Positions 45,700 to 59,639 of a DNA stretch of 64,000 bases are shown one piece after another. This DNA comes from the human T2T-CHM13v2.0 reference genome, Homo sapiens, in NCBI RefSeq assembly GCF_009914755.1, contig NC_060935.1; one strand, given 5' to 3'. The position numbers were made by a program, and so were the translations under genes. The notes below the pieces were generated by a model. It worked only from the letters and a program-made list of their open reading frames with translations. It was not told where the DNA came from and ran no database searches. Position 1 is the stretch's first letter; every line of letters starts with the position of its first letter.

Positions 45700-46530
45700 G
45701 CCCTTCTGGATGTATACGCCAGAACCATTTGAGGTAAGTTCCAGACTTTGGGATTTTTCAAATTAAAGTACTTTACCATGTATTTCCTAGGAATAATGAC
45801 AACCTGTTATAGAACCATATTATTATAACACTTAAGAAAATAAAAATGATTATATAATATCATCCAGCCAATATTTAAAATTTATCCAGATATTACCAGA
45901 TGTCTTTTATAGATACTTTTTTAAAAATATAGGACTCAATTGAGGTGCACACATTTGATTTTGTTATATATATGTAACTTTCTTTTAATATAGAATAATC
46001 CTCTCATATTATTTTTCTCACTAATTATTTAAAGAGCTTTGATCAGCTGTCTTGTAAAATGTCCTTTCGTCTGATTGTCTTCTACGTTGACTAAATTGTT
46101 TTCTATCCTTTATCTTTCTTGGAAATGGGAAGATAGGTCTAGAGTTTGGTAAGATACAAGTTAAACAATTTGACAAGAGTGCTTGGTAGGTGATTATCTG
46201 TATTTCAAAGCACGTCACATTTGAGACATATATCAGATTGTTCCTTTATTAGTAATGATAATTTTGATCACTCATTTAAGGTGGTGACTCTCAGAAGTCC
46301 CAATTGTAAAAGTATATCTTTTCCTTTATAAATTTTAAATAATCCATTGTGTAATGCTTTGAAATTTGTGAATCTCTTTTTCCTTAACAACATTTTACCA
46401 ATGCTTTTTGTATCCATTGACTGCCCTTGTTTAAGTCAAATAGTACATTGGGATTAGAAAATGGTGATTTTTCTGATTTTGTTATTCTGTGTACATTTAC
46501 TAGCAAGCATTCTTCTGTTAAGGTATTATC
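45700..46530 (-). mobile_element. Old L1 3' fragment (L1MC4/5-like)
   Basis: gaaccatttgaggtaagtt..tgtatttcctaggaataa..tttgatcactcatttaaggtggtgact motifs. Confidence 0.6.
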
Positions 46531-47054
46531 ACTGTTTTGAGTGGCATGTGACCTAAAACGAAGTGATGGAATGGCATGGAAGAGCAGACACATGCTTGAC
46601 AGATTTAGGCAGCTTTATGACAGTTGTAAAAGAAAATGCCAGAGCTTTTCAGAGAAGACAGGGCCAAACATAAGAGGAGGGACACACACACACACAGAGG
46701 GAGGGAGAGAGATAAAGAGAGAGATACAGGTTTATAATATGACTATCCCCTGGGAAAGGCCCCTGGGAAGGGACCAGTAAACCAGGAGAGCCTGTTTCAT
46801 ATCAGTGCCATAACTCCCTTGTTTCTTTGACTCCTTTTTATTATATCATTTGGTTAACTGCTCTCCTTTTGTCCTCACTTTCAAGTTCTTTATCTCTTTT
46901 TCTGAAGATGTAACACTTATAATTAGCATACCTCTATCTTCCGCATGTAAATTTTTGGAAGTGTTGGCAGACAGCAGAGAAGGCAGAGTTTGGAAAAATA
47001 CAGGAATCACAAGCTCTAAGATAGCCATAGACAGGGTATTAGGCTGTGTGTATC

Positions 47055-47337
47055 AAGGCTTGGGTGGGAAATACACGGTACACTCCAACAGGGTCATAAG
47101 GTGAGTTTAATAAAGGTATGGGCAAAATTAAAATAACTCATAAAGGGTATTGCAGTACCCTCAGCTATGTAACAAGTTAATAGCTGTAAGCTCTAGCATC
47201 GAGAGAGTAGTTATGTAGAGAGGGCCACCTGAAGGAGCAATCGACTTGGAGGGACATAGCCAACACACAATCCCTGTGGGGAGGAAGCTGGTGAGTAAAT
47301 ACCCCACCTTCAGTCTTCCCCACCTTCTGATCTCCTA
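47055..47337 (-). mobile_element. Ancient LTR fragment (LTR78/79-like)
   Basis: gagtttaataaagg...gagtaaatacccc..ccttctgatctcct resembles the family from recall. Confidence 0.35.
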
Positions 47338-47527
47338 AAATATAAGTTCTATAGGTATAGAAATTTTATTTGTCTCATTTATTTGTATGTCTAGAAGAAA
47401 TAGTACCAGGTATGTAGGATGTGCTCAATAAGTTTTGTTTAGTATGTAAACAAATGAATGGAAGAGAGAATGGATGTGTGAGAGACTCAGAGGAGTCATT
47501 TTGAGTTTCTCAGTTGGTCTTTTGAAA

Positions 47528-48073
47528 ATCCCATTACTATCCCATTACTGGGTATATACCCAAAGGACTATAAATCATGCTGCTATAAAGACACATGCAC
47601 ATGTATGTTTATTGCGGCATTATTCACAATAGCAAAGACTTGGAACCAACCCAAATGTCCAACAATGATAGACTGGATTAAGAAAATGTGGCACATATAC
47701 ACCATGGAATACTATGCAGCCATAAAAAATGATGAGTTCATGTCCTTTGTAGGGACATGGATGAAATTGGAAATCATCATTCTCAGTAAACTATCGCAAG
47801 AACAAAAAACCAAACACCGCATATTCTCACTCATAGGTGGGAATTGAACAATGAGATCACATGGACACAGGAAGGGGAATATCACACTCTGGGGACTGTG
47901 GTGGGGTGGGGGGAGGGGGAAGGGATAGCATTGGGAGATATACCTAATGCTAGATGACGAGTTAGTCGGTGCAGCGCACCACCATGGTACATGTATACAT
48001 ATGTAACTAACCTGCACAATGTGCACATGTACCCTAAAACTTAAAGTATAATTTAACAACAACAACAAAAAAA
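47528..48073 (+). mobile_element. Young 5'-truncated L1 (L1PA2-like)
   Basis: Near identity to the L1HS 3' end but with the GAG diagnostic (atgacgagttag) instead of ACA/ACG. (AAC)n/A tail. TSD aaaatcc. Confidence 0.93.
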
Positions 48074-48454
48074 TCCTAAAGCAAATTACATTTTCTTTGC
48101 CTTAGTAATGCATATCAATGCCATGATATCTCATTATTTTATTTTTAGAAAAAATGATCAATGAGAAAATTGCACCAGAGGACCCACATTGGGACTTTTG
48201 AGTTGAACACATTACTTAGCAAATGCTAACATGGGAACTTGAGGATATTTAGTGAACCTGCTGAAGTCAACACATTAATGCAACTGAAACCAATAGAGAA
48301 GAAGCTATCTAACCTTGGCATTTTGGGGTCTAAAAAAAGCTTTTACCCACTATTGTGCTTTGTAACCTATAAAATAAATCAAAATAAATCAAAACATAAC
48401 AACAGTTAACCTTGAAAACCTTTTGACTACCTCCCAGGGTTAATATTCTTGAAG

Positions 48455-48680
48455 GTAGTATAGTGTGATGGGAAAGTCTGTATCTTGAATTAAGCAAAAT
48501 TCTGTCAAATTCTGGCTCTGCTATTCATTATCTATATAACATAGAAAGATTACTTGAAAAAGTTTTTAAAATCTCACTTTTTCATTTGTTAAACCAGAAT
48601 AATCTCACCTGTATTGTGCCAAGAATTGAGAAAATGTATTGCAAATGTTTTGCACATGATATCTGCTTTATACATGTTAG
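48455..48680 (+). mobile_element. MIR SINE
   Basis: gtagtatagtgtgatgggaaag..tcaaattctggctctgcta..ttacttgaa..tctcactttttcatttgt. Confidence 0.55.
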
Positions 48681-49224
48681 TTCCTTGTTTTCCTTGGGGA
48701 AAGATAAATTAATACATCGATATAAATTAAAATAGAAAATTAGTATAAATTACTATAATATTAATTTTATATTAGCTTTTATTTCTCTTCATTTTTGTAA
48801 ACTTTTGGAAATTCTTGATGTTATTATGTAGTTAATGAACTTAGAATCAATTTCAATGAGCTATATCAAAGAAGGCAGAGGAAAAACTACATGGTTTTAC
48901 TTAACTATACCCCACCTTGTCATTTACTTCATCATGAGATAGCAATAGTCACAAAACCCAATTTAAAAGTAGAAATAAAGATAAATTATCAGAGTTCACA
49001 AAAATCTTCCATTCCTGTGTGTAAATGGCACTATTGAGCAAAAGTCTTAGATTTCTCTTATGGAAAGTTTAAATATTTCCATGTTGTTATATTTTATTTT
49101 TCCTGCTGGAAGGGGAAATACGACTGATTTTTTGGTAAGCAACTGAAATAACTAGTTTATTGCCTATCCTTCCACAGATATTTTGTGCACATGTGGGCAA
49201 TTATATAAGCTCTACCACTTTTAA

Positions 49225-49850
49225 ATTTTTAACAGATGCTATATTTTAGACTAGATTTAAATTTTAGGAAAAGTTGTAAAGATATTACAGAGCCCCTATA
49301 TACTGCATCAACCAGTTTTCTCTTTTGTTAACATCTCACATTTCGGGATACATTTGTCACAGCTAGGGAATCAACATTGGTATATTATAATTAGTTAAAT
49401 TTCACAGTTTATCAGGTTTTGCTATTTTTAACCGAGTGTTCCTTCTTGGTTCTAGGATCCCATCCAGGATACCATCTTAAATGTAGTTATCATGCCTCCT
49501 TAGCCTCTTCTGATCCATGACAATTTCTCAGACTTTCCTTGTTTTTTTTTTTTATGACCTTGACATTTTTGAGGAGGGCTGGTCAAGTATTTCGTAAAAG
49601 GTTCCTCAGTTGGAGTTTGACTGATGTTTTTCTCATGGTTAGACAAGGGTTTTGAGAGAATGACTTCAGAGGTGAAGTGCCCTTCTCAGCATGCTAGCAA
49701 GGGTACGTATTTCAACATGACTTACCACTGATGATGTTAACTTTTATCACCTGGCCAAGGTAGTGTGTGTTGTTTCTCCAGTGTAAAGTTTCTTTGAAAG
49801 TCACTTACCACTTACTCAGTGAGTGGAGAGTTGTGTTCCATCTCCTTGTG
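49225..49850 (-). mobile_element. Old L1 3' fragment (L1MC-like)
   Basis: caggatcccatccaggatacca..tttctcagactttccttgtt..gaggtgaagtgcccttctca motifs. Confidence 0.75.
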
Positions 49851-49860
49851 CCCCTTTAAG

Positions 49861-52800
49861 TTTTTTTTTTGAATTTTTATTTTAAGTTCAGGGGTACACA
49901 TCCAGGTTTGTTACATAGGTAAAGTTGTGTCATGGGGGTTTGTTGTACAGATTATTACATCTCCCAGGTATTAAGCCTAGTACCCATTAGTTATTTTTCA
50001 TGATCCTCTCACTTCTCCAAACTTCCACCCTCTGATAGGCCCCAGTCTGTGTTGTTCCTTTTTATGTGTCCATGTGTTCCCACCATTTAGTTCCCACTTA
50101 CAAGTGAGAACATGCGGTATTTGGTTTTCTGTTCCTGCATTAGTTTGCTAAGGATAATGACCTCCAGCTCTGTCTGTGTTTCTGAAAAGGATGTGATCTC
50201 ATTCTATTTATGGCTGCATAGTAGTCAATGGTGTATATGTGCATTTTCTTTATCCATTCTATTGTTGATGGGCATTTAGGTTGATTCCATGTCTTTGCTA
50301 TTGTGAATAGTGCTGCAGTAAACATACTCACACATGTGTCTTTATAATAGAATGATTTATATTTCTTTGAGTATATACCCAGTCTTGGGATTGCTGGGTC
50401 AAACGGTATTTCTGTCTTTAGGTCTTTGAGGAATTACTCCACTGTCTTCCACAATGGTTGAACTAATTTACACTCCCACCAACAGTGTATGAGTGTTTCT
50501 TTTTCTCCACAACCTCACCAGCATCTGTTACTTTTTGGCTTTTTAATAATAACCATTCTGGCTGGTATAAGCTGGTATCTCATTGTGATTTTAATTTGCA
50601 TTTATCTAATAATCAGTGATGTTGAGCTTTTTTTATATATGCTTGTTGGCCACATGCATGTCTTCTTTTGAAAAATGTCTGTTCATATCCTTTGCCCACT
50701 TTTTAATGGTCTTTTTTTTCTTATAAAGTTGTTTAAGTTCCTTATAGATTCCGGATATTAGACCTTTGTCAGCTGCATAGTTTGCAAAAATTGTCTCCCA
50801 TTCTGTGGGTTGTATGTTGTCTCTGTTGATAGTTTCTTTTGCTATGCAGAAACTCTTTAGTTTAATTAGATCCCACTTGTCAATTTTTGCTTTTGTTGCA
50901 ATTGTTTTTGGTATCTTCATCATGAAATCTTTGGTTGTGCCTATGTCCCGAATGGTACTGCCTAGGTTGTCTTCCAGGCTTTATATAGTTTTGGGTTTTA
51001 CATTTAACTCTTTAATTCATCTTGAGTTAACTTTTCTATGTGGTGAAAGGAAGGGGTCCAGTTTCAGTCTTCTGCATATGGCTAGCCAGTTATCCCCATA
51101 CCATTTATTGAATAGGGAGTCCTTTCTCCATTGCTTGTTTTTGTCAGATTTGTCAAAGATCAGATAGTTGTAGCTGTGTGGCCTCATTTCTGGGGTTCTC
51201 TATTCTGTTCCATTCTTCTGTGTGTCTGGTTTTATGCCAGTACCATGCTGTTTTTGTTACTGTAGCCCTGTCATATAGTTTGAAGTCAGGTAGTGTGATG
51301 CATCCAGCTTTGTTCTTTTTGCATAGGATTGCCTTGGCTATCTGGGCTCATAAGAACAGCATTGAATGTATAAATTGCTTTGGGCAATATGGTCATTTTA
51401 CCATATTGATTCTTCCTATCCATGAACATGGAATGTTTCTCCATTTGTTTGTGTCATCTCTTATTTCTTTGAGCAGTGTTTTGTAATTCTCCTTATAGAG
51501 ATCTTTCACCTCCCTAGTTACCTGTATGCCTAGGTATTTTTTGGTAGCAATTGTGAATGAGATTGACTTCCTGATTTGGCTTTTGGCTTGACTCTTGTTG
51601 GTGTATAGGAATGCTAGTAATTTTCGCACATTAATTTTGTATCCTGAGACTTTGCTAAAGTTGTTTATCAGCTTTAGAAGGTTTTGGGCTGAAACTATGG
51701 GGTTTTCTATATATAGAATCATGTTGTCTGCAAACAGAAACAGAAATAGTTTGACTGTCTTTCTTCCTATTTGGATGTCTTTATTTCTTTCTCTTGCCTG
51801 ATTGCTCTTGTCAGGACTTCTAATACTATGTTGCATAGGAGTGGTGAGAGAGGGTATCCTTTTCTTGTGAAAGCTTTCAAGCAGAATGCTTCCAGCTTTT
51901 GCCCATTCAGTATAATGTTGGCTGTGGATTTGACACAGATGGCTCATATTATTTTGAGATATGTTCCTTCAATACTTAGTTTATTGAGAGGTTTTAACAT
52001 GAAGAGATGTTGAATTTTATCAAAAGCATTTTCAGCTTCTATTGAGATAATTATGTGGTGGTGTTTTTTGTGTCTTTAGTTTTGTTTATGTGATAAATCA
52101 TATTTATTGATTTGTGTGTATTGAACTTGCATACAGTAGATGAAGCCTACTTGATTGTGTTGGATAAACTTTTTGAGGTGTGGCTGGATTTAGTTGGCCA
52201 GTATTTTGTTATGGATTTTTGCATGGATGTTCATCAAGGATATTGGCCTGAAGTTTTATTTTTTTGTGGTATTTCTGCCAGGTTTTGGTATCAGGATGAT
52301 GCTGGCCTCATAGAATGAGTTAAGGAGGAGCCCCTCCTCAATTTTTTTGGAGTAGTTTCAGTAGGAATGGTATAAGCTCTTTGTACATTTGGTAGAATTC
52401 AGCTGTGAATCCATCTGGAGCTGGGCTTTGTTTTTTGGTTGGTAGGCTATTTATTACTGCCTCAATGTCAAAGCTCATTATTGGTCTGTTCAGGGATTTA
52501 ATTTTTTCCTAGTTCAGTTTTGGGAGGATGTATGTATCCAGGAATTTATTCATTTCTTTTAGATTTCTAGTTTATGTACATAGAGGTGTTTATAATATTA
52601 TCTGATGGTTATTTGTATTTCTGTGAGGTCAGTTGTAATATCCCCCTTGTCATTTCTGATTGTGTTTACTTGAATCTTCTCTCTTTTCTTCTTTATTAGC
52701 CTAGATAGCATTCTATTTTATTAATTTTTTCAAAAAACTACCTTTTGTATTCATTGATCACTTAAATTGATTTTCATGTCTCAGTCTGTTTCAGTTCAGC

Positions 52801-55800
52801 TCTGATTTTGGTTATTTCTTGTCTTCTCCTATTAATAGCTTTGGGGTTAGTTTGCTCTTGCTTCTCTAGTTCTTTTAGTTATGATCTTAGGTTGTTAACT
52901 TGAGATCTTTCTATTTTTTTTTTCTTTTTTTGATGGAGTCTTGCTCTGTTGTCAGGCTGGAGTGCAGTGGCACAGTCTCGGCTTACAGCAGAATCAAGTG
53001 ATTCTCCTGCTTCAGCCTCCCGAGTAGCTGGGACTACAGGCGTTCACCACCATGCCCAGCTAATTTGTGTATTGTTAGTAGAGACGGGGTTTCACTACGT
53101 TGGCCAGGATGGTCTCAATCTCTTGACCTTGTGATCCGCCTGCCTTGGCCTCCCAAAGTGCTGGGATTAATTCTTTTCTGATGCAGGCGTTTAGGGCTTT
53201 AAATTTCCCTCTTAACACTGCTTTAGCTGTGTCCCAGAGATTCTGATATGTTGTATCTTTGTTCTCATTAGCTTCAAGGAACTTCTTGATTTCTGCCTTA
53301 ATTTTATTATTTACTCAGAAGTCCTTCAGAAGCAGGTTATAACAATTTCCATGTAATTTTATTGTTTTGAGTGATTTTCTTAATCTTGGTATCTAATTTT
53401 ATCGCTGTGTGGTGTGAGAGAGTGGTGGTTATGATTTCAGTTCTTTTGTATTTGCTGAAGAGAATTTTCCTTCTGATTATATGATCAATTTTAGAGTGTG
53501 TGCCATGTGGCAATGAGTAGGATGTATATTCTGTTTTTTTCTGGGTGGAGTCTATCAGGTCCATTTGATCCAGTACTGAGTTCAGCTCCTGAATATCTTT
53601 GTTAATATTCTGCCTCAGTGATCTGTCTGATACTGTCAGTGGGGTAGTGGAGTTTCCTACTATTCTTGTGTGGGAGTCTAGGTCTCCTTGAAAGTCTCTA
53701 AGAACTTTCTATATGAATCTAGGCGCTCCTGTGTTGGGTGCATATATATTTAACATAATTAGATCTTCTTGTTTAATTGAACCCTTTACCACTATGTAAT
53801 GCCCTTGTCTTATCTTTGTTGGTTTAAATCTGTTTTGTATGAAGTTAGGATTGCAGCCTTTGCATTTTTGGTTTTCCATTTGCTTGGTAGATTTTCTCCA
53901 TGCCTTAATTTGAGCCTATGGGTGTAATTGTATGTGAGATGGGTCTCTCAAAGGCTGCTTACCCATGGGTCTTGGTTCTTTATCCAGTGTGTAACTCTGG
54001 GCCTTTTAACTGGGGCATTTAGCCAATTTACATTCAAGATTAGTACTGATATATGTGGATTTGATCTTCTCATCATGATATTAGTTGGTTATCTTGAAGC
54101 CTTGTTTATGTGGTTGCTTTATAGTGTCACTGGTCTGTGTACTTTATTGTGTTTATGGAGCGGCTGGTAATGGTCTTTTCGATATTTATTGCTTCCTTCA
54201 GGAGCTCTTGTAAGTCAGGTCGGGTAGTAACAAATTCCCCCAGCATTTGCTTGTCTGAGAAGAATCTTATTTCTGCTTTGCTTATGAAGCTTAGTTTCGC
54301 CAGATATGAAATTGTGGGTTGAAATTTCTTGACTTCAAGAATATTGAATATTGGTCCCCAGTATCTTCTGGCTTGTAGAGTTTCAGCTTGATAGAGCTTC
54401 TTCTAGTCTGATAGGCTTCCCTTTATAGGTTACCTGACCTTTGTCTCTTGCTGCCTTTAACATTTTTTCTTTCATTTTGAACTTGGAGACATCTGATGAT
54501 TATGTGTCTTGGGGAGGATCTTGAGGAGTGTCTTACTGGGGTTCTCTGCATTTCTTGCATTTGAATGTTGGCCTCTCTAGCTAGGTTGGGGAATTTTTCA
54601 TGGTTGATATCCTGAAATATGTTTTCCAAGTTGCTTTCATTCTCCTTATCTCTTTTAGGAACCCCAATGAGTCATAGATTGATTTATTTACATAATCCCA
54701 CATTTCTCAGAGGTTTTGTTCTGCAGCAGAGTGCTAACACATGCAGAGGTGCCTGCCTCTCTGCAGGTGTTCACCACAGTGGTAGACCAATACAGATGGG
54801 GGGCAGGGGGTGCCTGCTGGAGATGTGTGGGTGGTTGCACTGGAGGTGGTGCTGGCTTGTGGGTGGGGTGCTGGTCTGTTCATGTCTGGGTGCCTTCTCT
54901 GTGCCCCACAAGCAGGAATAATTGCTCAGTTTGTGGGAATATCTGCTGTCTTCCATGCAGTGTTAGTGGAAGGGTAAGGTACTGATGGGGGTGGGGTTGC
55001 TATCTCTGTGCCTGCCAAAGCTTTGTCTGCAATGGTGGTTAGCAGGTAGGGTTGGGGGTGGACTGCATTCCCATGTGCTGGCCAGGCAAGTAAAGCAAAA
55101 CCTGCCCTTGCAGAATGTACCAGCAAAGTGATGTGGAGAGATGCTGTGGGGCTGGGGTAACCTGCAGCATGGGAAAGAAGCATGTAGGCTGCTCTGTGGC
55201 TATAGGAGCCACCTCACTGGAGCTCTCCACTGGTCATGCATGGTCCGCTAGCACAGAAGCTATGGTGTGAGACCCCAAGGCACCCCAGACTGCCCTGTAA
55301 ACAGGCATGGCCAGAATGGGTTGCCCATAGAGGCCAGCAGACCAAGGGGTGCTCAGGTTGGACCAGCCCCACCTAATGTGTAAGACTGCCCTGCAGAGAT
55401 CAGGTCAGACTTCTTCTAGGGCTGTAGTCTCCAATAGGAGCAAGTCAAGCCTAGGGGGACGGCTGTCCCTGGCTGTGCTCTGCTACAGATGCTCCTGCAC
55501 TAAGCCTCTGAGCTACTCATCAGCTGGTGTTCTGCCCCTACCACTTCTCTCAGCAGATCTCCCTGACAACTTGAGTGTCTGTGGTAGTCAAGGGGTTCCT
55601 CCTGCTGGAGTTCCAGAGGCTCATGGCAAGAATGGGTTGTTCCTTGCCAGTTTAATTCACCCATTCCCCTGGAGCTCTTGTGGTTCAAAAGTGAGTCCCA
55701 GTGTGCTGTAGCCATGCAGAGTTCCCAGATTTCTTCCCCTTCAGCCCAGCTTCTGTGTCTTCCCTCTGTCCACTTGGCATCTTCCCTGTGAAGATCTGTT

Positions 55801-55880
55801 AAAAGCACACCAGTTATCTCAGTCCCTTGGTGGGAGCTGTTCCACCTGGCTGCATGTAGTTGGCCATTTTACCTTCTCTA
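49861..55880 (-). mobile_element. Near full-length degraded L1PA (L1PA13-15-like) with internal deletions
   Basis: Poly-T and 3'UTR at 49861. ORF2 remnants ([22 protein letters not shown]). ORF1 3' half at 54130-54720. A large deletion at ~54720, then 5'UTR to aaaatggccaac (reverse complement of 55858-55869). Confidence 0.93.
52913..53170 (-). mobile_element. AluSc-like element, 5'-truncated with a small internal deletion, inside the L1
   Basis: Antisense Alu ending at gctgggatta. It lacks the acctccgcctcccgg segment. Confidence 0.93.
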
Positions 55881-56562
55881 CAACTGATTTTTGAATTATT
55901 TTATTAGTAGTAGTAGGGCTATCATCCAACAATATTGTTTTGTAACATACATAGAAGGAGTAGTAGCTTTTGTGGATATTACTATTTTTATTTTGTAAAG
56001 CATCAGATTCAGCATTGAGCTAAGATGAGTTAACCACTCACTGGAAGGAACTGTGATTTCTTTGTGGGCTCTGGAGTACCAATCAGTTTTCTAGAAGAGA
56101 TACTAGACAAATGGGGCTTTAAGAGAACAAGTATACATTATATTAATAGGTACTTTACTAAATTAAATGTTTTATTTCTTCCAGTGTTTAAAGGGCAAGG
56201 CTTTTAAGTGATTTACACATAAACTCCATTAATTTAAAATACAAAATCACAACCTCTTTTTCATTAATCTTGTTTATAAAAATTATTTGCTTGGAAGCTT
56301 TTTGCTATTTCAACTTTTCAATTTTAATGTAGCGTGGTTCCTCCCTTAAAGCTCAGCTATGTTCCCTTCAGGATTCAGGTGTGTCCAGACACAATGTGTA
56401 AGAGTGGTGGGGTTTTCTAAAAACAGGAACTGAAGAGGGCTGCAACTTATTGTCTACCTCCCTTTACTTGTGGTTTGTGAGTTTCTAATAAGAGACATAA
56501 CTTGCCCCTCTCCACTCCTTGGGTAGGATTGAGCTTGGGCAGGGCCTGGGCAGGCTTAAGTG

Positions 56563-56582
56563 CACACACACACACACACAGA

Positions 56583-56660
<78 letters not shown>

Positions 56661-56676
56661 GTATATACATATATAT
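56563..56676. repeat. Compound microsatellite (CA)n(CT)n(AT)n
   Basis: Directly visible. Confidence 0.97.
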
Positions 56677-58319
56677 TTCAGATGCAGCAACTAAATGGTG
56701 CTGGTGCAGACAAATTCCACAATTAGGGGCCCTAGTTCATTATTTGGGTGGATTGGGAAGGAAACAGAGAAACACCAAAGAAGATATTTCTTTTAGAGGA
56801 GAAAATACTTGCTATTTTTCTTGCTTTATATTTTTCTAATCTTTAAAATTAGTGAGATATGAAGCATCTACGTTTTGTGATATTACTTGATGTGAACACT
56901 TTGTGGTTTTAAAGGCTAACCTACATTTTTGAGATAGAATATTTAATAAAATTTGCTAACTAAATTTTTAAGAAGACAAAAAATTTAATTCAAACAAATC
57001 TATAGCTTCAAGGAAGTGAAATACCTGCTGAAGCTACCAAACTGTAGTAAGCAGAGTGTGGCTCTCTCCCAAGGCATTGCAAAAAAACACATGACTTATT
57101 GCAAATATTGCTCCAATTCACACATTCTAGTCTCCTCAGATTGATCAATCAGCTTATCCACTTTCTATCACCCACTTTACAATCTGAGAGAAAGATAATT
57201 TCCCCAGAAACAATGAAAAAAGATTATGTGTATATGTTATATATCAATATAGTATATATATAGATTGCTGTCTAACCTCTTGAAAAGTGCTTGCTGGAAA
57301 AATCTTTTCAGAAAGCGGGTCATTTCCTTCTTTAAGTTGTTTGGAGAACATTGTCCCTAGACTTTAAATCTCACAAAATATATTTCCCTTGCTACACAGT
57401 AAGTATTTTGTTTTTCAATGTTGCTGTGAAGCTGTTATGAGCCTGACATAAGATGCATGTGAAATGTTCAGATGTTTGGCAGATATAATGTAACTATCAT
57501 GATTGAAGCCGGCCAAGAAACTCATTTTTCAGGCCTCTTCAGTCCTCTATATGAAACATTTTGACCTACATCATCAATTTAGAATTATACAGCTTCATGC
57601 CAAATTTCACTAAGGGTTCTAAGTTCATGAGTAGGTCCAGAAAGAATTCTTTGCAAGTTTTCTTTGCTAGAAATAAAGTTTACACATATTTTTTTCAAGA
57701 TCTGTTTCTCAAAACTATCAGAATTAGAGGAAAAACTTTTGTTGGTTAGGACTTTCCATAAAACAAATATTTGTTGAATGAATGAATAAGAAATTTTACT
57801 AGATGCATGCTAGTGGATTTACTGTGCAGCTAATGAATGAGCCTTAGCAATGTAATTATATGGTTGTATGTTTATAAACAATTTGAAAACAAAATTGTAC
57901 CTTCTAAGAGCGATGGGGTAGAACCTAATTAACACCTCTTTCTTCTTTAATTAATTTTCCCTTTGTCACCCTTTTGTCATTGGCACTGGAATCCTTATGA
58001 GCATTTTTGAAATCTAAGAACAAATGGAGTTGCAGACACATTTATTTTGGGTTTGGTGAGATATTTATGTAGCTTTTAGTCACTTCTGAGTATAGATACA
58101 TTATTGCTAGTTGTCAGTGCGGGAATGGCTTCCAGTCTACTACTGGCCCCTGTGCCAACTCACTCTGTTTTATGTCAGGAGAGTGCAATGTCAGAGATCT
58201 CATGGTGTTATGAAGGCTCCCTGTAGTACTTGGTACAAGGAATGTGTGGGTAGCAGAGAAAACACAATATTTTAAAAGTGAAAGCTAGAAGCTAACTTAG
58301 GGAGAATTTTTCAAACACT

Positions 58320-59030
58320 AGGTGGTGCAAAATTTTATGTAGAGGATTTGATTCTCATTGATCCTATTAAAAATGACTCTCTTTTTTCAGTAATATACTT
58401 GGTAATGAAATATGTAACTATAGATATACCATACATTTTGATTTTTAAATGATAATTTCATAAAATAAGATTTATCAGAATTCATAGAAGCACAAACATT
58501 TAGCATGACTATAAACAGTGAGTGTATCTATAGCTCATATATGAAATAGCATATATGTATGAAATAGCACATATATGAAAATAGTGTGACAGACATATTC
58601 TCCAAATTTGACAACTTCAAAAAAGGTCATATGACATTTTCAATGATGAATCATGATTCTAAACAAAACTCTTATAAACTCTGAATAATAAAACCAAATT
58701 TTAATCTTCTGGGCTAAAGACAGAATTATCTTTTCTTTCTTTCTACAGAAAATCATTATTCTATGAAGAGTTAATCAAAGAGTATGTAGCCAAAAAATAT
58801 AGGGAAAAAGGTACTCTAGAGGTGCACAGTGCAATTAATCAATAAAAACAATATTTTGTTTTTCTGTATTTTGTAATGTTTGTAGTATTTGTCAAATTTT
58901 TAATATCTATAATTTTTGGTGGTTTTAGTTCATATTCCAAATAAATGTCTTTAACTTAATTTTATATTTTTTGTTAAGGAGGTTACCCAAATTCTGTAAG
59001 TTTTAGACTCCCAAAAACCTGACATGCCTT
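58320..59030 (+). mobile_element. hAT-Tip100 (Zaphod-like) transposon 3' fragment
   Basis: Decayed hAT dimerisation-domain coding (ttctccaaatttgacaac...aaactctgaataataaaa...aattatcttttc..tacagaaaat..tatgaagag). Zaphod-like terminus cccaaattctgtaagttttagactcccaaaaacctg. Confidence 0.6.
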
Positions 59031-59059
59031 AGATGCAAATTACCACAAAATTTTTACAA

Positions 59060-59590
59060 ATGAACTTTATGAAGGTATAACTTATATATAATAGAATGCA
59101 TACTTTTTATTTGTAGAATTTGATAATGTTTGACAAATGTACATATTCATGTAGCCACCACCAGAGTCACGATAATGAAATATTTTAATTACTTCCAAAG
59201 GTTCTCTTGCGGCCTTTCTCAGTCAATACCTATTCCTCATCCCCAGGTCTAGGCAACTACTGATCTGCTTTCTATCACTATAAATTAGGCTTGTCTTTTC
59301 TAGGGTTTCATATAAATTAAATCATACTTATGTAATTTTTTGTTTCTGGCTTCTTTTTCTCAGTTTAATGTTTTTGAGATACATCAATGATTTTAGAAGA
59401 GTCAATAGTTAATCTCTTCTTATTGCTGAATAGTATTTCTTGATGGACATTTGGGATATGCTCAATTTTGCCTATTTTGAATAAGATACTATTCACGCAC
59501 ATGTCTTTATGTGGACATATGTTTTTATTTCTCCTGGCCAAATAGCTAGAAGTGGAATTTCTGGGTCTTATGAATAGTAAATACTTATGA
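59060..59590 (-). mobile_element. Old L1 3' fragment (L1ME-like)
   Basis: aggcaactactgatctgctttctatcactata..tttcatataaat..tggacatttgg. Confidence 0.75.
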
Positions 59591-59639
59591 CATTTTATCT
59601 TTTAATTATTTTTTGGCACCCTTTAGGATATAGCTCGAA

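Noticed and set aside
46535-46805. Possible additional ancient LTR
   Set aside because: It has an LTR-like feel, but I could not support a family, termini or TSD.
58535-58585. Three short atatgaaatag repeats as a CRISPR-like or functional array
   Set aside because: This is a low-complexity slippage repeat in a eukaryotic transposon fossil, with no unique spacers or cas genes.
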